This document shows, piece by piece, positions 20,936 through 31,065 of a DNA stretch of 64,000 bases. This DNA comes from Candidatus Aalborgicola bjergmarkensis. Lineage in GTDB: Bacteria; Pseudomonadota; Gammaproteobacteria; Burkholderiales; Burkholderiaceae_C. Location of the stretch: assembly GCA_016708725.1 (NCBI GenBank), contig JADJFE010000002.1, positions 150,505 to 214,504 of the forward strand, written 5' to 3'. The notes beneath the pieces are model-generated. The model saw only the letters and a program-made list of their open reading frames with translations. It did not search any database and was not told the origin of the DNA. Position 1 is the stretch's first letter, and each line of letters opens with the position of its first letter. The translations under genes and the position numbers were made by a program.

Positions 20936-21784
20936 CTAGCCGCGTACTCCTTTCCACATCATGTAGGCTGCCAGAGCGTACAGAACTAGTGCAAAAATCT
21001 TTTTTAGTTTGGCAACCGGCAGACGGTGCGCCACTTTGGCACCCAAGGGTGCAGTAATCACGCTGCAACTGGCGATCACGGCCAGTGCGGGCAGCCAGAC
21101 ATAACCCAGAGAATATTCGGGCAAGCCGGGCAGGACGCTACCACTGAGCACATAACCAGCGGTATTGACCAGGGCAATGGGAAAGCCCAACGCCGCGCTA
21201 GTGGCCACTGCGTTCAGGATGGGCACGTTGTGTGCCAGCATGAAAGGCACGCTGATAAAGCCACCACCGACACCGACCAAACCCGACAAAAAGCCAACGA
21301 TGCTACCCATCGCAAGTTGTCCCGCAACGCCCGGCATCTGCCGACTGGGCTTGGGCTTTTTGTCCAGAATCATCTGGGTCGCCGAGAATCCCACAAAAAG
21401 TGCAAAAAAGATGGCCAGAGTCGTGCCCTTGATCAGGGCAAAAGCGCCGACGCTCGCCAGCGCACCGCCGAAGACAATGCCGGGAGCCAGCCCCCGGACG
21501 AGGTCCCAGCGCACCGCACCGCGTTGGTGGTGGGCACGCACACTGGAGAGGGAGGTGAACATGATGGTCGCCATCGAGGTCGCAATCGCTATCTTGACCG
21601 CCAAATCGGCTGGGACGCCGCGCACCGACAGGAAGAGGGTCAGAAACGGCCCCATCAACCCGCCGCCGCCTATGCCCAACAAGCCAGCCAAAAAGCCGGT
21701 CGCCAAGCCGAGTGCGGCCAGTTCAACAATCAAGAGGGGTTCAAGCATGAGAAAGGGGGGGGTGTTGCGGAAAGGAGTATTCAT
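20936..21784 (-). CDS. Sulfite exporter TauE/SafE family protein
   Basis: GFLAGLLGIGGG, AIATSMAT, SGLVGVGGG, AVATSAA; multiple TMs. Confidence 0.92.
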   Translation of the reverse strand: MNTPFRNTPPFLMLEPLLIVELAALGLATGFLAGLLGIGGGGLMGPFLTLFLSVRGVPADLAVKIAIATSMATIMFTSLSSVRAHHQRGAVRWDLVRGLAPGIVFGGALASVGAFALIKGTTLAIFFALFVGFSATQMILDKKPKPSRQMPGVAGQLAMGSIVGFLSGLVGVGGGFISVPFMLAHNVPILNAVATSAALGFPIALVNTAGYVLSGSVLPGLPEYSLGYVWLPALAVIASCSVITAPLGAKVAHRLPVAKLKKIFALVLYALAAYMMWKGVRG

Positions 21785-21786
21785 TC

Positions 21787-22248
21787 ATGAGGCATTCTGA
21801 CGTCATTTTCGCAGCGTTATCTGCATTGGTATTTTCTTTCCCCATGGGCATTCAGGCCCAAACCAAGGCCACGGCAGCAGACGCCACCGCCATGGTGCAA
21901 AAGGGCGTGGCATTCATCAAAGCCAACGGTAAGGAAAAGGCCTACGCTGAAATCACCGATAAAAAAGGGCAGTTCACCAAATACGACCTGTATTTGACGG
22001 TTTACTCCCTGGATGGAACGGTACGAGCCCACGGAGCCAACGAAAAAATGGTGGGCAAAAACCTGATAGCTTTCAAGGATTCTGATGGCAAGGAATTCAT
22101 CAAGGAACGCATGGAGCTAGCCAATAGCAAAGGCACATTCTGGCAAGACTACAAGTTCACCAACCCGACCGAAAAGAAAGTCGAACCCAAGACCACGTAC
22201 TGCGAAAAGCTCGACGACATCGTGGTGTGCGGCGGCATCTACAAATAA
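21787..22248 (+). CDS. Stand-alone periplasmic single Cache (sCache_2) protein
   Basis: Signal peptide; DLYL.VY...AHG.N..MVGKN....D.DGK.FIKE; GTFWQDYKF.NP; EPKTTY. Confidence 0.85.
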   Translation: MRHSDVIFAALSALVFSFPMGIQAQTKATAADATAMVQKGVAFIKANGKEKAYAEITDKKGQFTKYDLYLTVYSLDGTVRAHGANEKMVGKNLIAFKDSDGKEFIKERMELANSKGTFWQDYKFTNPTEKKVEPKTTYCEKLDDIVVCGGIYK

Positions 22249-22309
22249 GACAAACGGTCAGGTGTAGGGGAAGGTGCGCTCGTGTTGTGGATATGTTTAG
22301 GAAGTCGCC

Positions 22310-23896
22310 ATGAAATTGGGAACCAAGTTATTGATGGCGCCGCTACTGACGGCGCTTGTGTTTTTGCTGACCGGCCAGATCAATGTGGTATTGCGGGCGC
22401 AGGGTGATACCAAAGACATGGCAAACTCCGACGCGACCTTGACTCAATTCAGGACGGTGGTCAATGTGCAGCAACAACTCTACCAAGTGCATTCCAGCGT
22501 GTATAGGACAGTCGGTTTGGTCGCTTCTTTTGACGATGCCAAAGTTAAGTCTTCCCGTGCTGATATGGCCAAACAGATCAACGGCATCAAGGCCATTGCG
22601 AATACCCTCGTTGAGACACCCAGCGCCAACGCCAATTTGCAATCTGCTGTCAGCAATATTAGCAAGGAACTGGAGAACTACATACGGCAGGCTGACTCTG
22701 CGATTGATCTTGCTTCGGTTGACCCCAACACCGGTGTTATGGCGATGCAATCGGCGGATGCCTCTTTCATTGTTTTAAGCAAAATCATCAACGAGATCGT
22801 TTCAGCGGCTACATCAAGAGCCAACGACGACTCGCTGAGCCGTTCGCGCACCATCAATGTGGTTATGCTCATCGTCGAGCTGCTTGCCACCTGTCTGGTG
22901 GTCTGGTTATCGTGGCTGATGCAGAAAAAAATTGTGTACGAGCTGACGCGCGCAGTCAATGTGGCGCATGAGGTGGCCAGCGGCAACCTGGTGATCGATT
23001 CCAGTACCACCCGCCAGGACGAGGTGGGTGACTTGATGCGTGCACTAGCCAATATGCAGGACAGTTTGACCCAGGTTGTCACCAAAGTGCGCCAGGGGGC
23101 CGAAGGGGTTTCTACGGGTAGCGCGGAGATTGCCAACGGCAATCAGGATCTGTCGGCGCGTACCGAGAGCCAGGCCAGTTCATTGGAAGAAACCGCTGCC
23201 TCCATGGAAGAACTGAGTGCGACGGTCAAACAAAATGCAGACAGTGCCCGCGAAGCCAATCAGTTGGCTGTGAATGCGTCTTCGGTCGCGGTAAAAGGCG
23301 GCAATGTGGTCGCTCAGGTCGTAGAAACCATGAAAGGCATCAACGGTGCCTCACGCAAGATTGCCGACATCATCCAGGTGATTGACGGTATTGCGTTCCA
23401 AACCAATATCCTGGCCCTGAATGCTGCGGTTGAAGCCGCCCGTGCAGGGGAACAGGGCCGTGGTTTTGCCGTGGTGGCCAGCGAAGTGCGCAGCCTCGCT
23501 GGGCGAAGCGCCGAAGCCGCCAAGGAAATCAAGAGTCTGATCAACGCCAGTGTGGAGCGCGTCGAGCAGGGCACGGCACAGGTTGACCAAGCCGGAGTCA
23601 CCATGACCGAAGTGGTCAGCAGCATCAAGCGTGTCACCGACCTCATGGGCGAGATCAGTGCCGCCAGCAGCGAACAAGCTGCCGGGGTCGCGCAAGTGGG
23701 TGAGGCGGTCACACACATGGACCAGACCACGCAGCAAAACGCCGCCTTGGTGGAGCAGATGGCCGCTGCAGCTGGCAGTCTCAAGAGCCAGGCGCAGGAA
23801 TTGGTGCAAGTGGTGGCCGTGTTTAAGCTGGGGTCAGAAAGTGGCTTACTTCGGCAAACGCGACCCACCTACGCGCGCATCCGTTCTGCTGTGTAG
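22310..23896 (+). CDS. Methyl-accepting chemotaxis protein
   Basis: [34 protein letters not shown]. Confidence 0.95.
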   Translation: MKLGTKLLMAPLLTALVFLLTGQINVVLRAQGDTKDMANSDATLTQFRTVVNVQQQLYQVHSSVYRTVGLVASFDDAKVKSSRADMAKQINGIKAIANTLVETPSANANLQSAVSNISKELENYIRQADSAIDLASVDPNTGVMAMQSADASFIVLSKIINEIVSAATSRANDDSLSRSRTINVVMLIVELLATCLVVWLSWLMQKKIVYELTRAVNVAHEVASGNLVIDSSTTRQDEVGDLMRALANMQDSLTQVVTKVRQGAEGVSTGSAEIANGNQDLSARTESQASSLEETAASMEELSATVKQNADSAREANQLAVNASSVAVKGGNVVAQVVETMKGINGASRKIADIIQVIDGIAFQTNILALNAAVEAARAGEQGRGFAVVASEVRSLAGRSAEAAKEIKSLINASVERVEQGTAQVDQAGVTMTEVVSSIKRVTDLMGEISAASSEQAAGVAQVGEAVTHMDQTTQQNAALVEQMAAAAGSLKSQAQELVQVVAVFKLGSESGLLRQTRPTYARIRSAV

Positions 23897-24083
23897 CTCT
23901 TTGCGCAGCCGGTCCATGGCCAATCACCGCGTGGATGGGTTTATGCTGTACGGGCGCAAGAACGTTTTTAGGCTGTATAGCTCATGGATAGTGCGGGAAC
24001 AGCTATTTTTTCATGAGCAAAGCCTGGGGTTGCCTCAAAACATTGCCGAGTCGCACAGAGGGTGGCCGCGCGCCCTCTGTCAC

Positions 24084-24267
24084 TTACCTATCCCCAAACC
24101 CCCGCACCAGCGCCCGGCAAGCCGCCTCGGGGTCAGGTGCTTGGGTGATGGCTGAAATAACCGCTGCACTGGCTGCACCTGTGGCGCCCACTGCGGCCAC
24201 GTTGTCCATACCGATACCGCCTATGCCCACCACCGACAATGGCAGCAGGCCCGCCCAGTAGCGCAGG
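24084..24267 (-). pseudogene. thiE: thiE 3'-end fragment (copy adjoining resumed chromosome)
   Basis: LRYWAGLLPLSVVGIGGIGMDNVAAV.ATGAASAAVISAITQAPDPEAAC; homologous to 26361-26551 and 35141-35228. Confidence 0.85.
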
Positions 24268-24501
24268 CTACGAGCTTCGTGGCCTGCAAGAAAAGGAAAC
24301 TCCGCTTCTCCTCAAACTTGCCCGCAAGGCCGTTCTGGGCGCTATTCATGCAATTCCCATCTGGGCGAGAAAGCGATTGAAGAAACCACGGGCGTGGTGA
24401 CAATTGATGAGCTTGACTTGCACCTGCACCCCCAATGGCAAAGCACAGTCATTCAAGATTTGCTCACGGTTTTTCCAGTGCCTTTTCTCGCAGTACTGGC
24501 T

Positions 24502-25041
24502 TTAAAGCGATCGTTTTTTTCTAGGCGCTCTACCGGGACGATTAGGGACACCTGAGATTAGTTCAGTGTCTTGTGCTGGCGACATTTTAAGATTGTCTGG
24601 AATGGGCAAGGCAACTCCACGAAAACCTGCAGCCAATAGATGTTCTTCAGCTCGTTGCCTCGCCAGATAGTGCACCATGGCGAAGTAGGGGATCATTAGG
24701 TCATCAGGCATATCTGCCCAATTTTCGAATCCCCCCTTGCCCTGCAATTGAAAGAATGCCACTGAAGTGCACTCGTACTTGCACAACTGTCTGGCGTCTT
24801 TCTCAAAGCTCAATATCACGGTGTAATGTATCTTTACGCAAAAGTCAGTAACCTTCGTGTTTTCAGGGATGCTAAATTCAAACGTCGTAGTCGTTTCATT
24901 GCGGATTTTTGACTTCTCCCCTTTGCCATTTTGGAGAATAGGGTCAGTCGTAGATAGCTTCTCGTCAATTTGACGCACCTGACTTATCACTCCCATCAAG
25001 TACGCTGCCGTGCTCCCTTTTTTTTCACTTGGTTTTGTCAT
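24502..25041 (-). CDS. SecB-like chaperone (putative TAC chaperone)
   Basis: Beta-rich pattern FCVKIHYTVIL...CKYECTSVAFFQL then helix YFAMVHYLARQRAEEHLLAAGF..VALPIP resembles the SecB fold; third gene after a TA pair. Confidence 0.6.
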   Translation of the reverse strand: MTKPSEKKGSTAAYLMGVISQVRQIDEKLSTTDPILQNGKGEKSKIRNETTTTFEFSIPENTKVTDFCVKIHYTVILSFEKDARQLCKYECTSVAFFQLQGKGGFENWADMPDDLMIPYFAMVHYLARQRAEEHLLAAGFRGVALPIPDNLKMSPAQDTELISGVPNRPGRAPRKKRSL

Positions 25042-25286
25042 ATCTTGGTTTCCTGTGTGATGAAGAATATTTGGTAGCGCCTCAGAGCGTATTGCAAAAT
25101 CTAAATTTAATATAACGAAGACTATACTCCTCATTTTTTCCATGGACTTTGCGCAGGGAGAATCTGTTTCAATATAATCCTGATAATTGAAATGCAAATC
25201 ATATTCTTACCTGATTGCGTTGTTTGCTCTTGATCTCTAGATAATTTGATATAAGCGAGTATAAATTTATAGAAAATTATTACAAA

Positions 25287-25997
25287 TCAATAAGTTATAT
25301 TTCTCAATACACTCTCCGACTTGTGCGTCGCTACTTTTGCAATGCACAAATCCGAGGCACTACTGGAAAATTGAGTGCGATCATCCTCATGGCCTTCCAT
25401 ATCCTGTGTGATGGCTACGTTTGCATTGGCGCTTATTACGAGGCGACGCTGGTAAATATGGCCGCCATCGGTCGCCTCACTTATCAGACATTCACCGCCA
25501 CTACTTTGTGACTTGGTAATCTCAACTATCAGTTTTGGAACATCAAAGCGATAAGACCACTTCCCACCCACATGCGAAAGGACGATCTTGTCTGTTGGAA
25601 ATCGTGTGGCACCGTCATGAATTGACAGTATTTCGCCAATCGACACGCTGGGCTCGTATCGACCGAAAAATCGGGTGCGAATTGCCAAATCAACCAACTT
25701 TGGAACGGCGGCATCGGATTTCTCCAACCGCGCGACTGTCTGAGTATCGCGGTCGATCAACGTGCCAAAAACCTCTTGGGATATTTCAAGCCCACGCCTG
25801 AGAAATCGCAACTGGCGGCCATTCAGCCCTCTGGGAATGCGGACAAGAATTTTTCGAACACATGCCTCCAAGGCATCTTCGTCCACGTAAGAAACGATTT
25901 CACCGTACGACGACTCCTCTACCAAATATCCATTTTCCAGGTGGAGATTCGGCATGGCGAAATGTGGGTATGAAATCATGGCAATCTTGAAGTTCAT
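25287..25997 (-). CDS. MqsA/HigA-like XRE-HTH antitoxin with long C-terminal extension
   Basis: NLHLENGY, LNGRQLRFLRRGLEISQEVFG..IDRDTQTVARLEK HTH; about 90 extra residues at the C-terminus; ATGA overlap with the upstream gene. Confidence 0.75.
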   Translation of the reverse strand: MNFKIAMISYPHFAMPNLHLENGYLVEESSYGEIVSYVDEDALEACVRKILVRIPRGLNGRQLRFLRRGLEISQEVFGTLIDRDTQTVARLEKSDAAVPKLVDLAIRTRFFGRYEPSVSIGEILSIHDGATRFPTDKIVLSHVGGKWSYRFDVPKLIVEITKSQSSGGECLISEATDGGHIYQRRLVISANANVAITQDMEGHEDDRTQFSSSASDLCIAKVATHKSESVLRNITY

Positions 25998-26302
25998 TTG
26001 TCAGGGAAGACCGTTATTACGACCACCTTCTTGGCGGGGATCAACGACGCTGCGACGATGAGGGTCTCATGGTCCACTATCGCTTCAATTCGAAACGTGT
26101 ACTCGATATCTCCAGAACGGTTTGGAATTGTCGGACTCTCAGTGAATACGCCTTTTTTCAAGCACTCTTTGACTTGTCCCTTGTCAATTCCTCTCAGAGC
26201 CATCCTTTCTTCTGCATGGCGTGTCCAGCCGATTCGGTTGGCGGAAACCAAATGCCGAACTTCTGTGGCGACTTGAGCATCTGACAGCGGCTTATTCGAC
26301 AT
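25994..26302 (-). CDS. DUF4258 family putative toxin (RelE/MqsR-like fold)
   Basis: WTRHAEERMALRGI...V.ECLKKG...VVVITV. Confidence 0.8.
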   Translation of the reverse strand: MSNKPLSDAQVATEVRHLVSANRIGWTRHAEERMALRGIDKGQVKECLKKGVFTESPTIPNRSGDIEYTFRIEAIVDHETLIVAASLIPAKKVVVITVFPDK

Positions 26303-26360
26303 TTATGGCGCGAAGTATATACAAAAATCTATCAAAATGATAGATTTTAATTTAAGAAGG

Positions 26361-26551
26361 CCCCACTCCCGCACCAGCGTCCGGCAAGCCGCCTCGGGGT
26401 CAGGCGATTGGGTGATGGCAGAAATAACCATTGCGCTGGCTGCACCTGTGGCTCTCACCGCAGCCACGTTGTCCATGCTGATACCGCCGATGCCCACCAC
26501 CGGCAATGGCAGCAGGCCCGCCCAGTAGCGCAGGTTGTCCAGTCCTTGCAA
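26361..26551 (-). pseudogene. thiE: thiE 3'-end fragment (second copy)
   Basis: LQGLDNLRYWAGLLPLPVVGIGGISMDNVAAVRATGAASAMVISAITQSPDPEAAC. Confidence 0.85.
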
Positions 26552-26553
26552 AT

Positions 26554-26670
26554 CTACGACTTCCCCGTAAACGCCAGCTGCTGCAGCAAGGCGAACAGGG
26601 CGTCGAGTTGGGCCAGGGCCGTGCGGTGGGTGGCTTTGAGGGCTTCAATGGCTTGGGTGCGGGTGGCGAA
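26554..26670 (-). pseudogene. hsdS: Type I R-M specificity subunit C-terminal fragment
   Basis: FATRTQAIEALKATHRTALAQLDALFALLQQLAFTGKS-stop resembles the conserved HsdS terminal helix (LF.SL..RAF.GEL). Confidence 0.65.
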
Positions 26671-26698
26671 AAGTCAGACTTGACAGAGTATCAAGAAA

Positions 26699-27191
26699 CT
26701 AAAAGAGAATCTGCTTTACTTTCGCATTCAGTCGCGCCCGCTCAACCGCGTTATGCGACAAAAGCGGATGACTCCAGAGCGCTGTTCCGTGTTTCATCTG
26801 CGCAGCATTCAGCCGCCAAAGCTTTCCCGATGTTTTCAAGCGAATCGCCATATTGCTTTTTGAGTGGTTCAGGTTCACTCGACGTGCCGAGTAAAAACAC
26901 ACGATCTACCAAATCGAGGGGTATGTGCGCTTTGAACTTGGCGGTACGCTCTTCGACGTGATCATCAAAATCGATCAGCAGCACCAGATAGCGATTCGGA
27001 TACCGACGAAGTCCCGCAACGTGATCTTCTAGAAAGCTGCCAAGCACCTTGCCCCAGCCTCCGACGCGAGGCAACACCTGAATGTTGCGCGGCTTCAATG
27101 AGGGATCCAGAAGAAAACCGTTTGCGATATCGCGATCAGCATCGTCCTCTGGTACTACAAGCACATGGGGTTTATAGACGTTTACGCTCAC
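26699..27191 (-). pseudogene. TOPRIM-like partner of AAA ATPase, frameshifted near 26790
   Basis: HVLVVPEDDADRDIANGF acidic motif, LLIDFD; a plausible C-terminus (WSHPLLSHNA...KQILF) lies in another frame. Confidence 0.6.
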
Positions 27192-28177
27192 AACTCTAAC
27201 TCCCCAAGCATCAGCGACTTAATTACATCTGAATCAAAATCCAGTTCACCCAGCAGACGCTGCTGCGTTGGCTCCAAGTGGCTCTTGCGCTCCAAGAGCC
27301 AAGTGTTCTCATTTGAAAACTTGCGTATGGCCTCCTCGTTGTGGGTTGTCATGATGATCTGCCCTTGCCCCTCGAAGGCTCGCCGCAGATGCAACACAAA
27401 ATGGCCAACCTCCGCCAGCGAAAGGTAGTTATCCGGCTCATCCAAAAAACAAAAGATAGGCCCGTATGACTGGTTGGCTGCCACGATGACAGCACACAGA
27501 AAAAAGCACCTCTCTCCGTCTGACAGCTCATCAAAATTCAGAGGAAGTACACCACCTTCGCTCTTGAACTGAATGACTAACCGTTTGGACTCCTTACCCA
27601 AGCTTTCGTATTTGAAGTCCCGCAGGTCAGGCATTACATCTTTCAGGTAACTATCAATGGTGGTATAGGCCGCCGGATACTGCCCCAGCAAGCCAGCCAG
27701 CCAGTCCACCGTATTACTGGTGTCTGTCAATGGCCAAAGGGATTCGTCGTTAGACTCGCCCACCATTAACTGCGGCACCGGCGCAATGATCACCATCTGC
27801 GCCAGCCATGTCTTGAAAATGTGGACAGGATCGGTTTCGGACTGCACTTGAATCAGTGGCAGCGCCACCAGATGCCAATCCACCATGAACCGGGCATCGA
27901 TAGTCGCCTCAGGCAGCTTACGCAGCAGCGATACCTGCGCCTGCTCTCGCACATAGACGATGTCGCCTTGCAACTCCAGCTTCTCTTCCAGCACCCGCAA
28001 CTCTTTGAATTTCTCGGGCAATTCGAGGGCCAGGCTATAGCGATACCACTTATCCTGTAGTAGCACATCTACTACAAAGCGCATGGGCACTGCGGACTGA
28101 CCGCAAAAAAAATGGCGAGGGTTGACCAACTGCCCCACGCGATTCACCCCACGTCCAATGCTTTGCAACACTTGCAA
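27188..28177 (-). pseudogene. AAA_21-type ATPase, 3' part (gene split by IS insertion)
   Basis: FDELSDGERCFF signature, FLDEPDNYLS Walker B, IIMTTHN; begins exactly at the TTGCAA duplication. Confidence 0.88.
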
Positions 28178-29650
28178 CGGATCTTCCCCCTAGTCAACCG
28201 AGCAAAACTGCATCAACTAATTGATTTAATTCACTTTCTTTGAGTGGTCAATTTTCTTTTAGTGGACACATTGACTTCCTTGTTTGGTGATTTTGGCAAT
28301 CCAATGCCGGCATGTTCAAATAGTTTCTGGATTGCATCATTGGGAGTGGGGACACAGCGCACGATCTGATGATTCTCAGCACCCTTAACACTGAGCTCAT
28401 GCACACAAAGCGTGGTCAATTGAGCAACCCCCTCTGCCACTGTTACATCTAAATTGCGCCAGCGTTTAGCTAACTCTTGTACCAACCGATATGCCAACAT
28501 CACTACCAGGGCATGTCCGCGTGTGTGCGAAGCCAACCGCACGTATAGCGGACGCATTTCCAGCATAGTCTTGGAGGTGCGAAACGCCCACTCCATGTGC
28601 CAGATCCTTGTAGCGCGCGTGCGACTTCTTTGCTCGCTTTTTTGGCTTTTACATCGGTTTTTATCACGTAGCAGCCATCGAGTTGGGTGTGTTTTGATTT
28701 TGCCTGTGCGTCTTCTTTCAAACTGAGTATGCGCTCGTTGAGCGTCACGCTGACCCACGCCTGTAGTCCCAGCTCTTTGCATTTTTTCTCAATTCGCGCC
28801 AGCGCCAAATTGGTTTTGGCTCGTTTATGCTCGTCCAGGTACTGGTTGCTTTTGTCCAAAAGTGCCTGCAACCGCTCAAATTTGCTCTGATGTGAAGCTG
28901 CCAATTCACTCTGACGCACTGGGTTGCGCCGCAGCACGTAGCGCACCTGATCAACTCCGTCGCTGACCTCGGCCAAGCCATCCTTAAACAAGTCCATCCG
29001 CAATACACCAGACTTGAGCAAGCCCCTCAATCTGAGGTTTTGTAATGGCCGTAATGTATGAATACCCCTTTTTAGCAAGCAGCTCTATCTGTTCGCTTTT
29101 GATCATGCCCCGATCACCCACCAGCGTGACCTCTTTGGCTCCAAAACGCGCAGCGAGCTTGTCGATCCTTTGGCGCTCACGGAAATTGACCCACCCCTGC
29201 TCATTGGAATTGACCCACAGACTTTGGCTGAGAGTACGTTGGCATGTGGTGATAGACGAACCCACAGCTCTTGGATGAATGCCTGAGGCTGACGTTCTTG
29301 CGTATGTCAACCGCCATTGCTTGAATTAATTCGTTGTCCAGACTCAAGATATCGTTTGACAAAGGCAGGCTTGGTCAATGTGGGTACGGATAGTTGGTGG
29401 TCTGCCAAGACTATGAATTGGCACTGCGCCCGACAAGCGTGTAAAACGCAGATGTAATGAAGAACGGGCGCACCAACCGCTTTCGACCCGAACAAGTGAT
29501 TTCGGCTAGCGCGCCCCACCCGTATCAGCCACGAGTGCGCACCAATTATTGTCCCCAGTCGTGATCAATGTCCAGTGCTGAATGTGCTGTGAGCATGAAC
29601 CACGGATCGACTTTCGAGGTGTCCATTTGAGGCTCCAACAGGAGCGCTGA

Positions 29651-30091
29651 ATGCAAGCTGCATTGAGCAGTGGACGCACGCTGCAATGTGCGTGCTGTCA
29701 AACCGAAGTGCTAGTGTGTACGCCTTGTGACCGAGGTCAGCGCTACTGCAGCGCTGAGTGTCGCAAACAGGCACGTCTAGCCAGTCAACGCAGAGCCTCC
29801 AGGATATATCAAAGCAGCCGTGTCGGACGCTGCAACCACGCCCGTCGTCAACAACGATTACGCCTACGCCAGCGAGAGCAGGAACTGCCTCCAAAAAATA
29901 GTGACTCATCAGGGCCTTCCCAAGAAGCCTGTGCGGGTGATTTACTACCACCACAGCTCGATGTGAAGCCAGCGCAACTGTCCAAGCCGACACCAGCGGG
30001 GCATTGCCACTGGTGCGCGCGCCCTGTGGCGAGCGGAGTTCGCCGTAGTCGGCTGCTGCGGGCAACGAGTGAACCGATTTTCGACCCATAA
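29651..30091 (+). CDS. Cys-rich (zinc-finger-like) basic protein upstream of the IS21 genes
   Basis: CACCQTEVLVCTPCDRGQRYCSAECR followed by an Arg-rich helix. Confidence 0.7.
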   Translation: MQAALSSGRTLQCACCQTEVLVCTPCDRGQRYCSAECRKQARLASQRRASRIYQSSRVGRCNHARRQQRLRLRQREQELPPKNSDSSGPSQEACAGDLLPPQLDVKPAQLSKPTPAGHCHWCARPVASGVRRSRLLRATSEPIFDP

Positions 30092-30108
30092 AAGACAAGG
30101 AATTACCC

Positions 30109-31065
30109 ATGACCGACTCCCTTGAAAGCCAGACCAGCAACACCCATGGCTTTGGCGCTCATGAACAAAGTGTGGGCGGGTACGTTGGCGCAAGACAAGT
30201 CGATTTACACCGCCTGGAGCTGCGCTTTGAGGCCACCCGCATCGCCGATACGGCGGCAGTGCAGCGACTGACTGAATCGATACGCACAAGCGGACAACTG
30301 GTAGCGTGCATTGCCGCTGACGACCAAGACAGTGGTGCCCTGGTACTGATTGACGGCTACCGGCGCCTGAGCGCGCTCAAGCGACTGGGCGCAGACACCG
30401 CCCTGGTGCAATGCTGGCACTGCCCGGTGGGGCCTGCGCTGGCACAGATGCTGGCCCACTCGTTCTCGCGGGCATTTGACCCCATGGAGGAAGCCCTCAT
30501 GCTGCGCGAGCTGATCGACTCCCTTGGCCTGAGTCAGCGCGAAGCTGCACGTCAATGCGCCCGTGATGTGAGCTGGGTACAGCGCCGCTTGGTACTACTG
30601 GGGGCACTGTCCCAGGACCTGGTGCAGGCGGTGCGCAGTGGGGGCATATCGAGTTGGGCGGGCTCACGCATTGTGGCCCCGTTGGCGCGCGCCAACAGCG
30701 AGCATGCCAGTCAACTACTGGCCAGCATGGCAAGCGACCACTTAAGTACGCGTGAACTGCAAGCCTGGTTTAGCCACTACCAAGCCGCCCAACACACGCA
30801 GCGCCAACGCATGGTGGAACACCCACGCCTGTTTATCGACAGCTTGAACGAGAGACAAAGCCAGAGCATTGCCAAAGACCTGCGGGGCGGACCTGAACGT
30901 GAGGTGGCTGCTGAGCTGGGTTACCTGCAAGCACTGCTGCAACGCGCACACCGACGCCTAGTGCCACTGACCGCCCCGTTGGAACCAACGCTAAAGGGCG
31001 CGTGTCTGCGCCTGCATGTAGCGCTGGAACAAGTGAACAACGAACTTACCAGGCTGGTGCCATGA
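30109..31065 (+). CDS. ParB N-terminal domain/HTH protein linked to istA
   Basis: LVLIDGYRRLSALKRLG, DPMEEA, LSQREAARQCARDVSWVQRRL; overlaps the istA start. Confidence 0.85.
   Translation: MTDSLESQTSNTHGFGAHEQSVGGYVGARQVDLHRLELRFEATRIADTAAVQRLTESIRTSGQLVACIAADDQDSGALVLIDGYRRLSALKRLGADTALVQCWHCPVGPALAQMLAHSFSRAFDPMEEALMLRELIDSLGLSQREAARQCARDVSWVQRRLVLLGALSQDLVQAVRSGGISSWAGSRIVAPLARANSEHASQLLASMASDHLSTRELQAWFSHYQAAQHTQRQRMVEHPRLFIDSLNERQSQSIAKDLRGGPEREVAAELGYLQALLQRAHRRLVPLTAPLEPTLKGACLRLHVALEQVNNELTRLVP

Noticed and set aside
26700-26757. GCATAAC at the stop of ORF 26751-27191 as an attC R'' box
   Set aside because: There is no matching GTT arm or palindrome, and the stop is better explained by a frameshift, with the true C-terminus in another frame.
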